The position numbers were made by a program, and so were the translations under genes. A stretch of 64,000 nucleotides of DNA, taken from positions 1-64,000 of the forward strand of contig JAGSHN010000017.1 in NCBI GenBank assembly GCA_029855935.1, written 5' to 3'. Below the pieces are notes generated by a model. That model was given only the letters and a program-made list of their open reading frames with translations, searched no databases and was not told the DNA's origin. Below are positions 47,717 through 58,100 of the stretch, in pieces. Numbering within the stretch: the stretch's first letter is position 1; every line of letters starts with the position of its first letter. The stretch is from Candidatus Thorarchaeota archaeon (GTDB taxonomy: Archaea > Asgardarchaeota > Thorarchaeia > Thorarchaeales > Thorarchaeaceae).

Positions 47717-48520
47717 TCCGCGTGCCTCTAGAGAAACTCTTTGCGATTGGACTGTCTTAAGTCTTGTTCATAGGATACTGTCGCATCAATGCGTGCCAAT
47801 CATTCTCGCTGTTGGTGGCCCCTCATAACCACCATTGCAGAATAGTTTGCTTGGTTGACAAGCCAAGGTGAGAATTCTGCTACCTCAACTCGCGTACCAT
47901 TGACTCGGCACGCGAAACGCTCCTGACAGAATGAGAGAAACTCTGACGGAACCATCCGCCAAGGCCAGCAGAAGAACAGTGGGACCAACTCGTGCAATTG
48001 ATGGTCACATCATTTCCATCAAAGTCAGGATTCGGGATGAGAGAGCCAGGTAGGTATTCCAGATTCAGAGTTCCCTATGGGGACTGTTCAAATCATACTT
48101 CCAGAAGAGTTCAATGTATGAATGGACGGAGAATCTCAGCACAGCCCTGTGCTCAGGCTCGCACGTACTCAGGGGTCGTGAGCTGGTCGCTCTCGCGTTG
48201 TGAGAAGATTGTTTGCTGCGCCCTAGTACGTTTCTATGTCCTTCATACTCTGAGGAACGTTCTCGCGGCACTCTTGCCAATGTCAGTCGGTCTGGTAGAA
48301 CAGATTGCAAGGACTTGAGACTCAACCTCGGGAGAATCCCGAAATAGGAGAAATACTGTGACTGGGCATGCTCCGAGAATATGTTCATCCAGACGGTGGG
48401 AATCTCCACTAGCATTGGTGCTCGGCACAAGAATGGTTCACTCAGAGTATGCGAAGACTTTTACCTAACTATGAGAAGGAATAGTATTGTGCTGTTTCAG
48501 CAGAGAGGAGAAGTGGTGAC

Positions 48521-48925
48521 GTGAGCACCACATGGTTCATTGCAAAAGAGTATCTGAAACGACTGGATGTGTCCTTTGAGGAGAGAGGGAAAAAGACGTT
48601 CACACTGTATCCCGTGGGAAAGACTGAGACCAAGGAGATTGAGGTATTTCCGGGCGCAAACTGGATCACCCTCACCACGCGATTGATCGACCTGAGCCAG
48701 CTGCCAGCCAAGAAGCGACGCGAGCTCTGTGACAAGGTACTGCGTGTGAACGCGGCACTTGCAGAGGTGAGCTTCGGCATTGACAGAAAGGACTACCTCG
48801 TCATCCGCAACGCAATCCCGGTCACCGGAATAAGCTACGATGCTTTCAGCTCAATCTATGAGGCGCATCTCAACGGCATTCGGTTTTTCCAGAAGAAGCT
48901 CTTGCCACAGGTCGTCAAGGAATAG
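48521..48925 (+). CDS. YbjN/CesT-fold chaperone-like protein
   Basis: ELCDKVLRVNAALAEVSFGIDRKDYLVIR pattern and typical size (134 aa). Confidence 0.65.
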   Translation: MSTTWFIAKEYLKRLDVSFEERGKKTFTLYPVGKTETKEIEVFPGANWITLTTRLIDLSQLPAKKRRELCDKVLRVNAALAEVSFGIDRKDYLVIRNAIPVTGISYDAFSSIYEAHLNGIRFFQKKLLPQVVKE

Positions 48926-48943
48926 GAACGCCCCTCAGTCGCA

Positions 48944-48980
48944 GAAGGAACAGAGAGAAAAAATAGCAAGAGAGGGGGAG
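48944..48980 (-). terminator. Pyrimidine/T-rich terminator after the 1945-aa gene
   Basis: Minus-strand T tract (CTATTTTTTCTCTCTG) between convergent genes. Confidence 0.45.
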
Positions 48981-49014
48981 CAGAAGGACTGGCCCTCAAC
49001 TCCCATCCGCTCTA

Positions 49015-52000
49015 TTACCTTCTTCTGCGTAGGACGAGCACGACTATGATCACCAAGACGGCTCCCACACCAAGGAGGAGTACCGTCGTCTCTCCGCCGA
49101 AGGCGATACCTGATCCTCCAGTCGTGGGTATGGATGTCTCGGTAGTCATAAGGCCACCCCTACCGACGGTGTACGAGTAGGTCTGTGACTCGTAGTAGCC
49201 GCTGGCAGTCGACACGCCGACCTTGAGGTAGACGGTCGTGCCATCCGGAAACGGTGGTACCGAACCAGTGTAGGTGGATGGCCCGGCTGATGACATCTCT
49301 ACCGCCTGCCAGTTCTCCCCGTCAGTGCTGTAGTACAGTGTGACCGAGTCGACCAGCTCAGTGGAGTATATCTCAATGTATACTGTGACCGTGTCGCCCT
49401 CGGTGGGCAACGCCGGGTCAATGCTCAGGGCACCGAACGTGACAGGCGATGGTCCGACTACAGATGTGCCACGAGAGGAGACGTAGCTGATGAACACCGG
49501 GTCCTGATAGACACTGTAGCCGTCCCACTCCGGGAACCCGATGCTCACCATATACATGCTGCTGCTGAAGCTCCACGCGGTGGCAGACATTCCGTTGTCG
49601 GACTCGTATGCGTGCTCGAAGGTGCCCAGCGGGGTGGTGTAGCTCACGACATCATACGGGGCGGAGAGGTTCTTGCCCCAGTCGTACGTCGTTCCGCCCA
49701 TTATCATCTCCGCGAAGCGGGCACCTGCAGTCTCAAGCTGGAAGGTGTCAGCGGCGACAGTGCTCTCAGTGTCGGTAAAGCTACCGTTGGCCTTGAACGC
49801 AAAGTCCGCAAGGTTCACCTCGGAGAAGTAGTTCAGTGCAAGGCTGCGATTCTCAAGGTTCCTGCGTCCGCCAAGGAGGTCAACGTCCCAGTTGCCGACG
49901 TAGTTGTCGACCTTGATCCTCGCATGGTTGTTGATGTCCTCTGTCACGTTGGCGCAGAAGTGGACGAGAAACGACAGCTCATCAATCGTGACCCGAGTTG
50001 GTCGCTCGTCAAAGGTCCGCAGATCGCTGCCAGTCACCACACCAGCGTACCAGTCCCAGTAGCCGTACTGGGAGAACGGGAATACTGTGCCCGTGACGTT
50101 GAAGAAGGTGACACCCCACGTCACCTCGTCTGTCAGGTTGAGATGCAGGTGGCCCGTGTCATTGTAGTCACCGTAGCCATAACCCGGAGTGACGAAGTCA
50201 ACAGCGTCAACGGAGTCCGGAATGAGGTAGTGCGTTAGCTCGCTGCTGGACGGGTTGTTCAGGTCAACCTGCATCAGCCCGTCGTTGTTGTCGTCCTCCC
50301 AGATCATCAGGCCTGAGAACTCATAGTGGACGCCGACGCCAAGCCAGTGCTCCACCTCACCCTCAGTATAGGACGTGCCGTAGCTCTGATCAATGCCGAA
50401 GCTCAGCCAAGTCCAGGTCTGGTTCTCCTCTGAGATCCAGTCCCAGCCCTGCTCCTGGGCCTCAGCGAGGATGTCGTCCCAAGTCACATTATTCACCATC
50501 CACGCAATGCCCCAGTAGCCAGGTGCGGGCTCACCGTCAGGTGACAACACCGTGTTGCGGATCTCAGTCATCTCGGTAGAGTTGACCGGGCTCATATCGC
50601 TGGCGTGGTACCAGTAGAACGTCTCATTCCACTTGTACGACCACGCGAACATGTCGACACCCATCCACGAGTTGACGAACATCTCGTCGCCAAACTGTGA
50701 GCCATTGACATCCCACATCAAGTTGATGTCCATATACTCCCACTCGTGCGACCACGTGTTCGTTGATGAGTAGACCTCAAGGACATAGTACTGGTCACCC
50801 TGCGTATTGAGGTCGCCATCAAGGTCGAGAGCTCCCGTCTCCGGATCCGTGGTCCAGAGTGACAGACCCCACAGACCGTAGTCGGGAGCACCGTATACGA
50901 GGGTATCCACGTTCTTGTAGAGGGTGCTCCGTATGGGCTCCGGGCCATACACGACGGGGTGACCCCACACTGGTACCCTCCGGTAGATCGCCTCCCACTT
51001 GGCGGTGGCATTCACGGGTGTGCCCATGTAGGTGAAGTTGTAGATGGTCTTTGCGTCGAAAGTATTCACCATGTAGAGACGGTCACCGGAGTACGTCGCG
51101 TTCAGGACTACGTAGGTGGCTATCGTACCCTGATGGACCTCATGCAGATAGTATCTCGTGGAGTTCAGGTCAAAGTAGTAGAACGTATCGTTGGTTGTAT
51201 GGTAGAGCTCGACCTTGTACGTGTTCACGACGTCGAGGTCATAGCCGCCGCTCTTGTACTCCCTGCCGTCGAGTGACCACCACACATAGTAGGAGATGTT
51301 GTTCTCCTTGAATACGGTCGGCCACTCATCGGTGGACAGGAAGGTCGTACCGTTTGGTGCGAGGTACTCGAAGACGACCATCAGCTGGGTCGAATTGACG
51401 ACCCAGACGGTACCGTTGAGCAACTTGAGCAGGTTCGTCTTGTTGTCATACGGCTCAAGGTACGCATCGTAGGCCACCGTATCCACATGCGTGAAGGTCA
51501 GAGTGTCATCATAGGTGCCAAACTTTGAGGTCTTGCCAATCTCCTGTGGATCCCAGATGTCGGTGCCATTGGCCGTCGCATGGGTCAGCAAGAGCTCGGT
51601 GACCGTATAGTTGATGGCATCGATGGTGACATAGTTGTTCGCCCCGTCCCAGTGGACTGGATAGAGAGTGTCATTGTACATCAACGACTTCTTGGTCGGA
51701 ACAACTCCGCCCTGTGACTGGAAATGGTTGAGATCCCAGTCCGACTGTCCGCCTGCACCGGGGTACGGCATCTCGTACTTGATACCATCCTTCTCGTAGT
51801 ACCAGAAGTTGTGCTGATACGCATCGACGAGGCGAATCCACTGGGAGTTGTACTCTCTGTACCAGTAGTATTCTGGCGCGCTGATCCGGTAGCGTGTGCC
51901 ATCGATTGTTGCATAGTACTCCTTGGTGTCAGTGTCGTAGTCCACGCGGTAAAGTGTGCCATTCGTGTCCGTCATATAGTAGCACTCGTCACGGCTGGAC

Positions 52001-54852
52001 CACCACCACCGGGAGATGTCAAGGACACTATCAAGACCGTAGCGCACGAACTGATGCTCTGTGTGCTCCCACGGAGAGATCACAATCTTGTCGTACAGTG
52101 TGAAGTTGTAGACGTGATCTCTCTGGTAGGACGTGTCGGTACTCTGATGCACGTTGCCGTAGATGTCAATCCATGAGTAGTATTCCTGACCGCCGTACTC
52201 CCACACATACTCGTACTCCTGGCCTGTCAGGAACGACTCGCCGGGAGTGACGGTGACGTTGTAGATGTGTAGTGATGTGGTGTAGGTCGCAGGAATCTTC
52301 GTGCCGTTGAGGAGTTCGTAGTAGTAGACAGGCGTGTCGCTCTCGTGGTCCCAGTGATCATAGAAGAAGATCGTGGTGATAGGCTCATGGGTCCAGAAGT
52401 CCTCACTCTGAACAGTCTTGACGAGATACTCCTGACCGTCGATGACTATGTACGGTTGTTCGTAGCCAGTGACTATCTCCGACGTGGGAACTCCACCATC
52501 GAAGACGTAGGCCAGCTTGTTGTACTCGACTGGGGTCATATATACCCGGTCGCCGCCGTAGTCAAAGCTGTACACCCAAGCCTCTTCCCAGGAGTACACC
52601 TCGTGCAGTCCCCACTCGCCCGTCTCATCCTCGTACCAGGTGAGATTCACGAAGGAGAAGTCCCACCAGTACTCGGATTCAGGCATCGTGTCGCTGAGGT
52701 TCACCTCGAAAGACGCGTAGAGGTCACCAAGGATGACCTGTTTCGTGAAGTTGCTCACGGTGGCGAAGACGGCTCCCTGTATCTCGGTCTCACGAGAGTG
52801 GCGGGCAGGGAAGTAGCTAACCCACTCGCCGGTCAGCTGGTTGTAGAACCACTCGGCCCAGTACCAGTCCTCTACCTGTTTCCAATTCCACATGGTGTAG
52901 TTGCCGTAGACCCACTGCCACGCGTCAGCGCTCTCATTGTACTCGTAGTGCCAGCCAGTGGCGTTCTCCTCCACCCAGTCCCAGTGGAGACCGTACGTAA
53001 GGTTCCACTTGGTGGTGTAGTTGAAGAGCTTCATGCGGACTGTGCCATTGAAGTAGCAGAGTATGACGTAGTCAAGATCAGTCCAGACGGACTCGTTCTC
53101 GGACCACTCTCCCGTGCTGGCCTGCAGCGTGAACTTGACGCCATCAATATCATCCGCGACCTCACCGCCACCCTGCAGTGTCCCTTCAACGATGAAGTCT
53201 GACCCCTTGTTCACGTGCATCATCCAGCCCTCAGGCGGAGTGCCGTCGGGGTTGAGGATGTTTGCGATAGTCACAGGGGTCTCGATGGCCACCTTCCGCG
53301 CCATCTCAAAGCTCGTGAACGTGCCAAAGACGGGGTCGTTGTCCATCGCCACTTGAAATGGCATACCGTCGGCGGCCGTCACCTGGACATTAAGGTATAT
53401 TGGATAGTCCTCAGTCTTGGGCATTGCATCTGTGAAGTGACCCACGAAGTCAACGACGTAGTATCGTCCGTTGTCGCTGTACGAACACAGCGACTCGTTC
53501 AGCTCGTAGAACACGGGCAGGTCAGCGGGATATGGCTCACGAACCGTGATGAGCTCGTTCCACGTTCCCGGGACATAGTGATCGTACCGGTAGCCTTCGT
53601 ACGAGTACATTGTTCCTACTGACCATGTACCAGAGGTGTGATTGTACAGTACGTCAATCTGGTAGGAGACAGTCACGTTGATGGTCTCGACCCAGTAGTC
53701 CCAGTCATTGGTCTGGTTATTCCACTCCATCATAAGCCGATTGATCTGGATCTCCTTGTACGGGGAGAGATAGATCTTCTGGCGCTCGGGATGCGTCCCG
53801 TACTTCATTACGGGGACCTGATACGTCACAGTGCTGTTCCACACGTACGTCCCGAGAACAGGGTCGTAGACCCAGCCACCTGTACGGGCCTCTGTGGCCT
53901 CATACCAGTCCGTGACATTAGTCCAGACAACCATCGACTCCGGGATGGGAATCTCCACCTCGGTCGCGACTGGCTCCAGACCAGTTGAGTTCACGGTCAT
54001 GACGAAGTCGCTGTTTCGCTGCACTGAGTAGATCGGATTGCCGGCCATGTCGAGCTTGTCGAAGATGAAGAGCCCGCCGAAAGATGCCCCGCGGGCCTGA
54101 TAGGGATCGACACCGACAGCAAGCAGGAACCTCGACTGATAGTCACTCCAGACGCCGTTCCACTCGGTGTCATAAGCTCCTACAGAGAGCTCATACAGTC
54201 CGAGAATCGCGTCGCTCGTGAACCGCAGTACGAAGTCAAAGTAGAACGAGTACTGGTCGGAGTAGTTGGCGCAGGACGCTGCGTCAAGCTGTGCGAAGGT
54301 CCCTATTGGGGTGTCGGGTTGCTGTGTGTAGTTCCAGATGTTGCTCTCGACGGACCAAGTGGGAGACCACTCGTCCGTGGTGAATACCAGCCGAAAGTTC
54401 GCACTTATGTTGGTGGATACTGTCAACAGATTGCCATACACATCGACTTCCTTGATGGTGGCATTGCGACCCATCGCGTTGCGGGGAATGTTGACAGAGA
54501 CTCTGATCCATTCTCCAATGTTCACATAATCGTCAAACGTGACCTCGGTACCATTGGAGTAGTACACGTTGAACGTCGGTTTCGGGCCGAACATCCAGTT
54601 TCGGCTAGTCCACGACCACTCATCAGTTGTGCTGTTTCGGTCGATGTGCCAGTTGACATCAGTACCAGTTTCACCCGATGGAGGAGGTGGCGGCGGTGGT
54701 GGCTCCTGAGTCACCGCTCGCACGGGCTCGACCGGGCTCGCTCCAGACTTGGCAGTGGCAGGAGGAGCATACACCGCGACGGAATAGAACATCGACACGG
54801 TGAACAGCATCACAGTGATGAGTGACAGGATTCTCTTTGATTGCCCTATCAT
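49015..54852 (-). CDS. Giant W/Y-rich membrane-anchored surface glycoprotein (1945 aa)
   Basis: Signal peptide, poly-Pro, many N-x-S/T sequons, one Ig-like domain, T-rich linker, C-terminal TM followed by RRRR. Confidence 0.85.
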   Translation of the reverse strand: MIGQSKRILSLITVMLFTVSMFYSVAVYAPPATAKSGASPVEPVRAVTQEPPPPPPPPSGETGTDVNWHIDRNSTTDEWSWTSRNWMFGPKPTFNVYYSNGTEVTFDDYVNIGEWIRVSVNIPRNAMGRNATIKEVDVYGNLLTVSTNISANFRLVFTTDEWSPTWSVESNIWNYTQQPDTPIGTFAQLDAASCANYSDQYSFYFDFVLRFTSDAILGLYELSVGAYDTEWNGVWSDYQSRFLLAVGVDPYQARGASFGGLFIFDKLDMAGNPIYSVQRNSDFVMTVNSTGLEPVATEVEIPIPESMVVWTNVTDWYEATEARTGGWVYDPVLGTYVWNSTVTYQVPVMKYGTHPERQKIYLSPYKEIQINRLMMEWNNQTNDWDYWVETINVTVSYQIDVLYNHTSGTWSVGTMYSYEGYRYDHYVPGTWNELITVREPYPADLPVFYELNESLCSYSDNGRYYVVDFVGHFTDAMPKTEDYPIYLNVQVTAADGMPFQVAMDNDPVFGTFTSFEMARKVAIETPVTIANILNPDGTPPEGWMMHVNKGSDFIVEGTLQGGGEVADDIDGVKFTLQASTGEWSENESVWTDLDYVILCYFNGTVRMKLFNYTTKWNLTYGLHWDWVEENATGWHYEYNESADAWQWVYGNYTMWNWKQVEDWYWAEWFYNQLTGEWVSYFPARHSRETEIQGAVFATVSNFTKQVILGDLYASFEVNLSDTMPESEYWWDFSFVNLTWYEDETGEWGLHEVYSWEEAWVYSFDYGGDRVYMTPVEYNKLAYVFDGGVPTSEIVTGYEQPYIVIDGQEYLVKTVQSEDFWTHEPITTIFFYDHWDHESDTPVYYYELLNGTKIPATYTTSLHIYNVTVTPGESFLTGQEYEYVWEYGGQEYYSWIDIYGNVHQSTDTSYQRDHVYNFTLYDKIVISPWEHTEHQFVRYGLDSVLDISRWWWSSRDECYYMTDTNGTLYRVDYDTDTKEYYATIDGTRYRISAPEYYWYREYNSQWIRLVDAYQHNFWYYEKDGIKYEMPYPGAGGQSDWDLNHFQSQGGVVPTKKSLMYNDTLYPVHWDGANNYVTIDAINYTVTELLLTHATANGTDIWDPQEIGKTSKFGTYDDTLTFTHVDTVAYDAYLEPYDNKTNLLKLLNGTVWVVNSTQLMVVFEYLAPNGTTFLSTDEWPTVFKENNISYYVWWSLDGREYKSGGYDLDVVNTYKVELYHTTNDTFYYFDLNSTRYYLHEVHQGTIATYVVLNATYSGDRLYMVNTFDAKTIYNFTYMGTPVNATAKWEAIYRRVPVWGHPVVYGPEPIRSTLYKNVDTLVYGAPDYGLWGLSLWTTDPETGALDLDGDLNTQGDQYYVLEVYSSTNTWSHEWEYMDINLMWDVNGSQFGDEMFVNSWMGVDMFAWSYKWNETFYWYHASDMSPVNSTEMTEIRNTVLSPDGEPAPGYWGIAWMVNNVTWDDILAEAQEQGWDWISEENQTWTWLSFGIDQSYGTSYTEGEVEHWLGVGVHYEFSGLMIWEDDNNDGLMQVDLNNPSSSELTHYLIPDSVDAVDFVTPGYGYGDYNDTGHLHLNLTDEVTWGVTFFNVTGTVFPFSQYGYWDWYAGVVTGSDLRTFDERPTRVTIDELSFLVHFCANVTEDINNHARIKVDNYVGNWDVDLLGGRRNLENRSLALNYFSEVNLADFAFKANGSFTDTESTVAADTFQLETAGARFAEMIMGGTTYDWGKNLSAPYDVVSYTTPLGTFEHAYESDNGMSATAWSFSSSMYMVSIGFPEWDGYSVYQDPVFISYVSSRGTSVVGPSPVTFGALSIDPALPTEGDTVTVYIEIYSTELVDSVTLYYSTDGENWQAVEMSSAGPSTYTGSVPPFPDGTTVYLKVGVSTASGYYESQTYSYTVGRGGLMTTETSIPTTGGSGIAFGGETTVLLLGVGAVLVIIVVLVLRRRR

Positions 54853-55092
54853 TTTCCATCATCACCTGCTCTCGATTCACACGGATGCTGCCGTGACCCC
54901 CAGAGTGATGTTGGTGGCGGCTCCGGCAGGTCCAATGCATATCGACTAGTGAATACAGTATAATCTACTGGGAATTATTCGCGCAACCTGTGAATATAAG
55001 GAAATCCTGTATCATCCCTCATCAAGTTCTGAAATCACGTGCCACGGTAGAAGGACAGCAACACCAGTATTCAGGTCTGGCAGAAGAATACG

Positions 55093-55147
55093 GAGAGAAA
55101 AAGAAAGGGAAGGCAACGGGCCCCAAGAGGGACCCGTGAACATTGCC
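55093..55147 (-). terminator. Hairpin plus T-rich terminator
   Basis: Right after the stop: GGCAA..ACGGGTCCC-TCTT-GGGGCCCGT-TGCC, then TTCCCTTTCTTTTTCTCTC. Confidence 0.6.
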
Positions 55148-58100
55148 TCACTTCTTGCGTTTCACCATCAGAGCCATCAGCACAATGACGAGAGCCAGTA
55201 CTCCGACCACACCGAGTAGCCCAAAGTCGAGAGACACCCCCGGACCTGGCGTGAATCCCGTGGTCGTAGAGGTCGTCTCCGTAGTGGTGGTCTCTGTGGT
55301 CGTCACTGTCATGTCACTGACTGTGTAGCTCTGCTGCGCGGACTGTGATGACTTGCCCGCCGTGTCGTAGGCGACGACATAGTAGGTCACAACGGATCCA
55401 TCCGCCTGCGGAGGAATCGTGCCAGTGTACTGGTTGCTGCCGATTGAAGACATCGTCACAGCAATCCACGCGCCACCGTCGACACTGTAGTACAGCGTGA
55501 CATTGTACACACCCATATCGTCCGTGACCGTCGCAGTGACTGTCACACTGTCACTCGACGTGGGCGATGCCTTGTCAATGGACACACTGGAGATTGTTGG
55601 CGGCGACACATCGTCAGAGACCGTGTAGGATGCCTCCGCCGACTGCGATCTCTGCTCAAGGTTGTCATAGGCGACAACATAGAAGGTGACCACAGAGCCG
55701 TGTGGCTGCGCAGGGATGATGGCCCAGTAGGTGCTACCACTGGCCGTCATCAGGATACTGGTCCAGTTGCCGTCATCGACCTTGTAGTAGAGGGTCGCGT
55801 TCAGTATGGTGCCGTCGTCAAGGATAGTCACGCTGACGTTGACAGCATCCGAGGATGTCGGACTGGTGGGTGAGTAGCTCAGCGAGCCAATGCCCGGAGG
55901 CGTGTCACCCTCGGTGGAGAACCTGTACACGTACTGGTCGGTCGTGGCAACATTGCCCTGTCCGTCGGTCGCGCGTACACGATAGAAGACGTATGTACCA
56001 GGGGCTTGGTTTGGCACGGTGTAGCGCCACACATCCGCTCCCGAGTCGTATGTCATGTCCACGGTGGTGTCAGACCCGCTGATGGTGTAGATGAGTTGCA
56101 CTGAGGAGAGTCCGGAGCCTCCGTTGTCGAAGACAGAGACCTCTACCACGAGGACCTCCTGACCACTGACCTCACCCTTGGTGCCGCTCACGTCAGAGAT
56201 GACCGGAGCGAGATTGTCAGGAAAGTTGTAGTACATCGTTGACGACTCGATCATATTGCCGGCGGCGTCATAGACCCGGACCTTGTAGGCAGCAGTGTAG
56301 GCATAGTCACTGCTCCGGGTCAGATAGCCCTCCCACTGGCTGGTCGTGCTGTTGTAGTTCATTGAGATTGCCTCCTCGGTGTTCTGGATATATATCTCCA
56401 CCCGGTCGACACCAGAGTCGGTGTCCCTGGCCGATGCTGTGATCAGGACCGATGTCGATGTGGCGGTGCCTACGCCAATTGAGTCAATGGTCGGCGGTGT
56501 TGGGTCATTGTAGAAGGTATGGTCGATGGGTGAACTGGCAATGTAGTTGCCGGTGTAGTCCCGCACGTATACAACGAATGACGTACTGTACGGGTCCGTC
56601 CCGACCATCTCAACCGAGCCCTCCCATGTGTGCGTGTCGCCATTGTATTCGAGAGACACGTTCTGATGGAAGCCATCGGGATTGTAGACCCACACCTCTG
56701 CAACTCCTGAGCCACCAGTGTCGCTGGCAGCCACCTCGAAGCTGACTCGCTCCTTGCCGTCGACGAACCTCGTTGTTGCGGACAGCGAGTCGATGCTCGG
56801 GTCAGAATTGTCGGTCACCCCTCTTGAGGAGGAGTAGCTCACAAAGACCGGGTCCACCGACACCTTGTAGCCGTCCCACCACTTGTAGTTGATCAGTGTG
56901 TAGAACTGGCTCGTCGAGATCTCGAACGGAGTCGCCGTGACACCCATGTCTGACAGATACGCCTCCTCGAAGAGGTCGGCAGGTATGGTCTGAGCATCCA
57001 CCGTGGTGTACATGGCGCTCCTGTTCCGGTCCCACTGATAGTGTACACCGCCGAGGTCCATCGACGCCACCTGAGCAGCAGCCGCCGCGACGGCGTATCT
57101 CGAAGACACAACGGTCTGGTTGCCGCTGACCGGCTGACCGTGCTGGTCGAAATAGGTCGCATTGAGCGGCACACCGTTCTCAGACACCATCAGTACATCG
57201 GTGTAGAAGGCAATCCCAAGGCTACGGTTCTCCAACACACTGCGGCCTCCGGGAGCATCAGTGTCCCAGTTGCCAATGGTCACGTTGAACTTCACCGTGC
57301 CATTGTTTGAGCTGCCGCCCGTGAGGACACCTTGAAAAGCGGCGCCGAGCGAGATCTCGGAGACATTGGCGCGAACTGGTCGCTCATCGAAAGTCGAGAA
57401 GTCGCTGCCAGTCATCGCTCCTTGATACCAGTCCCAGTAGCTCTGAGTTCCGAACGGGTAGGCGGTTCCTGAGACGTTGTCGAAGGTCACACCAAATGGT
57501 ACCGATGCGTTAAGGGGCCAGTTCTCTGAGCCGGATGTCAAGGAGGCATTCGGGGTGAGGAACTGAACTCCGCTCACGTCATCAGGCAGCCAGTAATGCG
57601 TGACCTCGCTGTTCTCTGGGTCATCAGGAATGAAGTCCATCACGTCGTTCTGGTTGTCATCCTCCCAAGAGAACAGACCAGCGTACTCGTACCACGAATC
57701 AACAGACATGACGGAACCATTGCCCATATCCGACAGGTAGTGCTCGGAGAGCTCCCACCAGATCCAGCTCCACTCCTGCGAGTCCTGAATGGCCCAGTCC
57801 CAGCCTTCCTCCTCAGCCTCTTTCTTCAGGTCCTGCGAGGTGAAGTTCCGGGCCATCCACGCGACATCCCAGTAGCCCGGCCTCGGGTTGCCGGCATCGT
57901 CGAAGATTGTGGAGTTGATCTGCGCCCACTCTGCAGGGGTGACCACAGCACCACTGTCGGCCTTGTACCAAGTGTAGTTGTCAGACCAGAAGGTCGTCCA
58001 GTTCACGGTGACTAGGCCCATGTAGGAGTCGACGTGGAACTCGTCGCCCACCTTGGTCGCATTGGGCTCCCACAGGATGGAGACCCATAGATACTGCTCC

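Noticed and set aside
55093-55147. 3' UTR SECIS element
   Set aside because: Simple GC hairpin plus T tract after a true C-terminus (KRKK); fits a terminator.
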